From contig JBBRBK010000037.1 of the NCBI GenBank assembly GCA_038205935.1, forward strand, positions 1-18,378: a DNA stretch of 18,378 bases, written 5' to 3'. The translations under genes and the position numbers were made by a program. The stretch is from Campylobacterales bacterium (GTDB lineage: Bacteria; Campylobacterota; Campylobacteria; Campylobacterales; Sulfurimonadaceae). The notes under the pieces were generated by a model. The model was not told the DNA's origin and did no database searches. It saw only the letters and a list, made by a program, of their open reading frames with translations. Below are positions 16,022 to 18,378 of the stretch, one piece after another. Numbering within the stretch: the stretch's first letter is position 1; every line of letters starts with the position of its first letter.

Positions 16022-16986
16022 ATATCTTAATCGTTCGCACCGATAAACTCGGAGATTTTATCACCGCATTGCCTACATGTAAGGTCTTAAAACAACACAA
16101 TCCGCAAAATAAAATCATCGTTTGCGTGGCTCCTTTAAATGAATCTTTAGCGAAAGCGTGCGATTTTATAGATGAAGTGATCGTGGATGATGGTAAAACT
16201 TCTGTTTTTGAACTTGCGAAAAAGTTGAAAACGGCAAAGATAGATGTTTCCATTACTCTTTTTTCAAACACCCGCGTCGCTCTTGCTCAGTTTTTAGCGG
16301 GAATAAAAAAACGTATCGCTCCTGCGACAAAGATAGCGCAAATCTTTTACACAGACAGAGTTGTGCAGCGAAGAAGCGAAGTGAAGATGGCGGAGTTTGA
16401 GTACAACCTAGAACTTACAAAAACTCTTTTTCCTGATATTGATCTCCATTTTGAAAAACCGCTTTTGAGCTTCGATGATGCAAACGAAGTTTATAAAAGT
16501 TTTTGTAAAGAACACAACATCACAAAAGAGATCATCGCTTTTCATCCTGGATTTGGTGGCTCTTCAGATGCTAACTGGACGGTTGATGAATATGTGGAAC
16601 TTGTAAAAACAGTATTGCAAACAGATAAATATCAAATAGTAATGACCTTTGGACCTGATGAACAAAAACTCCATGATAAGTGCAAAGAAAAACTTCAAAA
16701 CAAAGAGGTAATCTTTTGTATCTCAAAAGACGGTTTGGTCAACTTTGCAAAGCTCATAAGCGGTTTTAAACTCTTTATCTCCACATCCACAGGCACATAT
16801 CATTTAGCCGCACTTGTAGGAACACCGACGATGACTTTTTTTGCAGATAGTTTATTTGCAAGTGCTGCGAGATGGAAAAGCGTGAGTGATGAAACTATCC
16901 AAAAGCATTACATGATTCCCCACGATGAGGAGAAAAGAGCTGAGATGTTTGAGGATGTGAAGCGGAATTTGACCTTACTCTCGTAA
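16018..16986 (+). CDS. glycosyltransferase family 9 (heptosyltransferase-like)
   Basis: ILIVRTDKLGD, FHPGFGGSS..NW and STSTGTYHLAALVG; TTG start overlaps the ligase stop (TTGA). Confidence 0.88.
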   Translation: MNILIVRTDKLGDFITALPTCKVLKQHNPQNKIIVCVAPLNESLAKACDFIDEVIVDDGKTSVFELAKKLKTAKIDVSITLFSNTRVALAQFLAGIKKRIAPATKIAQIFYTDRVVQRRSEVKMAEFEYNLELTKTLFPDIDLHFEKPLLSFDDANEVYKSFCKEHNITKEIIAFHPGFGGSSDANWTVDEYVELVKTVLQTDKYQIVMTFGPDEQKLHDKCKEKLQNKEVIFCISKDGLVNFAKLISGFKLFISTSTGTYHLAALVGTPTMTFFADSLFASAARWKSVSDETIQKHYMIPHDEEKRAEMFEDVKRNLTLLS

Positions 16987-17967
16987 CGATACTAAGCCTT
17001 TATTTTCATGCTTATATATGGCTTGCATATAAAGCTTCCCATATTTTTCATTTGTATGAACATTGTCTTCAAAATTACTCAAATCTCTTATATAGATATT
17101 ATCTATCATAGCATCATAAAAAGGGTGTATCGCAGAGAGTTGTTCTTTAAAGGCCTCTATTTTTGAGGATAGATGTATATTGTTTTTAATTAGATCATAT
17201 TGAAAATATGAAACAGGTGTTAAAGTGATGGTTAGATCTGCTTTGTTTTGTTTGCATAAAGCTACAATTTGTTCCACATTATGTAGTCGTTCTTTAGATA
17301 TCGTGATATTTCCACCTGAATAGATACGATTGACATAGTCAGAACTTAGTTTTGATATCTCTGGAGCACTTAACTCTTTTTTCTTCGTAACTACCATAAA
17401 ACCTTCTTTGTTGAAGTAAGAAGTAGGCGTTGTACTTAGTATATGCGCTTTGATTGTTTTAAATGATGCTCTAACAGCATCAATAGATAAAAATTTTGCT
17501 ATTTGACTCTCTTGATGCATATTTTTATTATAAAAATTTAATTCAGGTAATTTATAAAAAGTTGGACTGTTCCCATCTCCTAAAAAAGTTGAAAAATCTA
17601 AAGTAAGAAGTACGTGGCTAGGAAATTTATGTTGACTATTTAGATAAAGTAAAACTCCAAGAGCGTCAGCACTATTACCGCCTCCAACACCAAAGTTATA
17701 GCTGTAGCCTCCAAAGTAACTATTCAAAATTGTTGGATCTATATGTTGTGAACGGCTACTTCCTAAGATAATATTATCAATTTTTTCAATTTTTCGTATT
17801 CGTTCGATCTTTTCAGTACGGTCATCTCTTGCCATTTTATATTGAATATTTAGGATATTATAGTTAGTGATTCCAAAAGGATCGATAATATAGTCTAACA
17901 AAAAAATTGTGCCAATAAATATAAAAGGAAATAGAAAAAATAGTAGTACAAAGGGCTTGGATCTCAT
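16975..17967 (-). CDS. membrane-anchored SGNH-like protein (DltD/AlgJ-like acyltransferase partner of the MBOAT)
   Basis: N-terminal TM followed by IDPFG, block I ILGSSR, block II YNFGVGGG and C-terminal DxxH (FEDNVH); directly downstream of the MBOAT gene. Confidence 0.65.
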   Translation of the reverse strand: MRSKPFVLLFFLFPFIFIGTIFLLDYIIDPFGITNYNILNIQYKMARDDRTEKIERIRKIEKIDNIILGSSRSQHIDPTILNSYFGGYSYNFGVGGGNSADALGVLLYLNSQHKFPSHVLLTLDFSTFLGDGNSPTFYKLPELNFYNKNMHQESQIAKFLSIDAVRASFKTIKAHILSTTPTSYFNKEGFMVVTKKKELSAPEISKLSSDYVNRIYSGGNITISKERLHNVEQIVALCKQNKADLTITLTPVSYFQYDLIKNNIHLSSKIEAFKEQLSAIHPFYDAMIDNIYIRDLSNFEDNVHTNEKYGKLYMQAIYKHENKGLVSLRE

Positions 17968-17976
17968 TTGTTAGCC

Positions 17977-18378
17977 TTAGAAATTAAAATATAAAAATTC
18001 ACTTATTTTGTTGAACATTAAAGCCACAACAGTAAGCGCTACAGTACTTAAAAATAAACTTTTTTTGGAAGGTACACGCATCGCTTGTTCTGTTGAATTT
18101 TTTGTGAATAATATTGCCAAAAGTGCAAGTAATAAAAAAACATATGTAAATTGGTCACCTGAAATGTTTGGTAACCATTCACCGAATTTTACATTGAGTG
18201 CGGAAAAAAAATGAAGCTTCTTCTCAAATTTATACGAAAGCACAAACTCCCCAAAAAACATAGCATGCAAGACTTTAATCCCATCATCCCACTCTTTAGC
18301 TCTAAAAAACACCCAAGCGATGTTGATAAAGTTAAAAGTGATAAACCAGCCGAGAAGCATCGGCATCTTTAAACCTAT
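17977..18378 (-). CDS. MBOAT family O-acyltransferase (AlgI/DltB-like), 3' part; runs off the right edge
   Basis: GWFITFNFINIAWVFFRA and the terminal SEFLYFNF are characteristic of AlgI-type MBOAT C-termini. Confidence 0.88.
   Translation of the reverse strand: MGLKMPMLLGWFITFNFINIAWVFFRAKEWDDGIKVLHAMFFGEFVLSYKFEKKLHFFSALNVKFGEWLPNISGDQFTYVFLLLALLAILFTKNSTEQAMRVPSKKSLFLSTVALTVVALMFNKISEFLYFNF

Noticed and set aside
825..18214. Short alternate-frame and antisense ORFs in the track (60-129 aa)
   Set aside because: All lie within or across well-supported genes and show no recognisable motifs; treated as shadow ORFs.

Overview
AT-rich (roughly 35-38% GC, estimated by eye) chromosomal window from a Campylobacterota bacterium, probably Sulfurimonas-like (inferred from gene content and TATAAT-only promoters). 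It is mostly an LPS/cell-envelope locus: hldD-hldE; a minus-strand operon of a GH-A-like protein, PAP2 phosphatase, LTA-synthase-family transferase and waaF; a degenerate PAP2 lipoprotein; ugd, a secreted ATP-dependent DNA ligase and a GT9; and an MBOAT/SGNH acylation pair. A partial cytochrome c553 gene missed by the ORF track lies at the left edge, and a LOG-ppsA-beta-CASP metallo-hydrolase operon interrupts the LPS genes. The most unusual signals are below gene level. (1) The palindrome TACATGTA occurs at least 10 times, in all three reading frames. (2) An 18-nt micro-element (CCCAAAGGGCACTKCGCR) sits in the centre of this palindrome or transition variants of it three times, once in frame inside waaF where it adds six residues. 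(3) A ~380-bp non-coding two-armed fold-back element lies between the metallo-hydrolase gene and waaF. Signals 1 and 2 resemble the cyanobacterial HIP1/small dispersed repeat system but with different sequences and in a different phylum.
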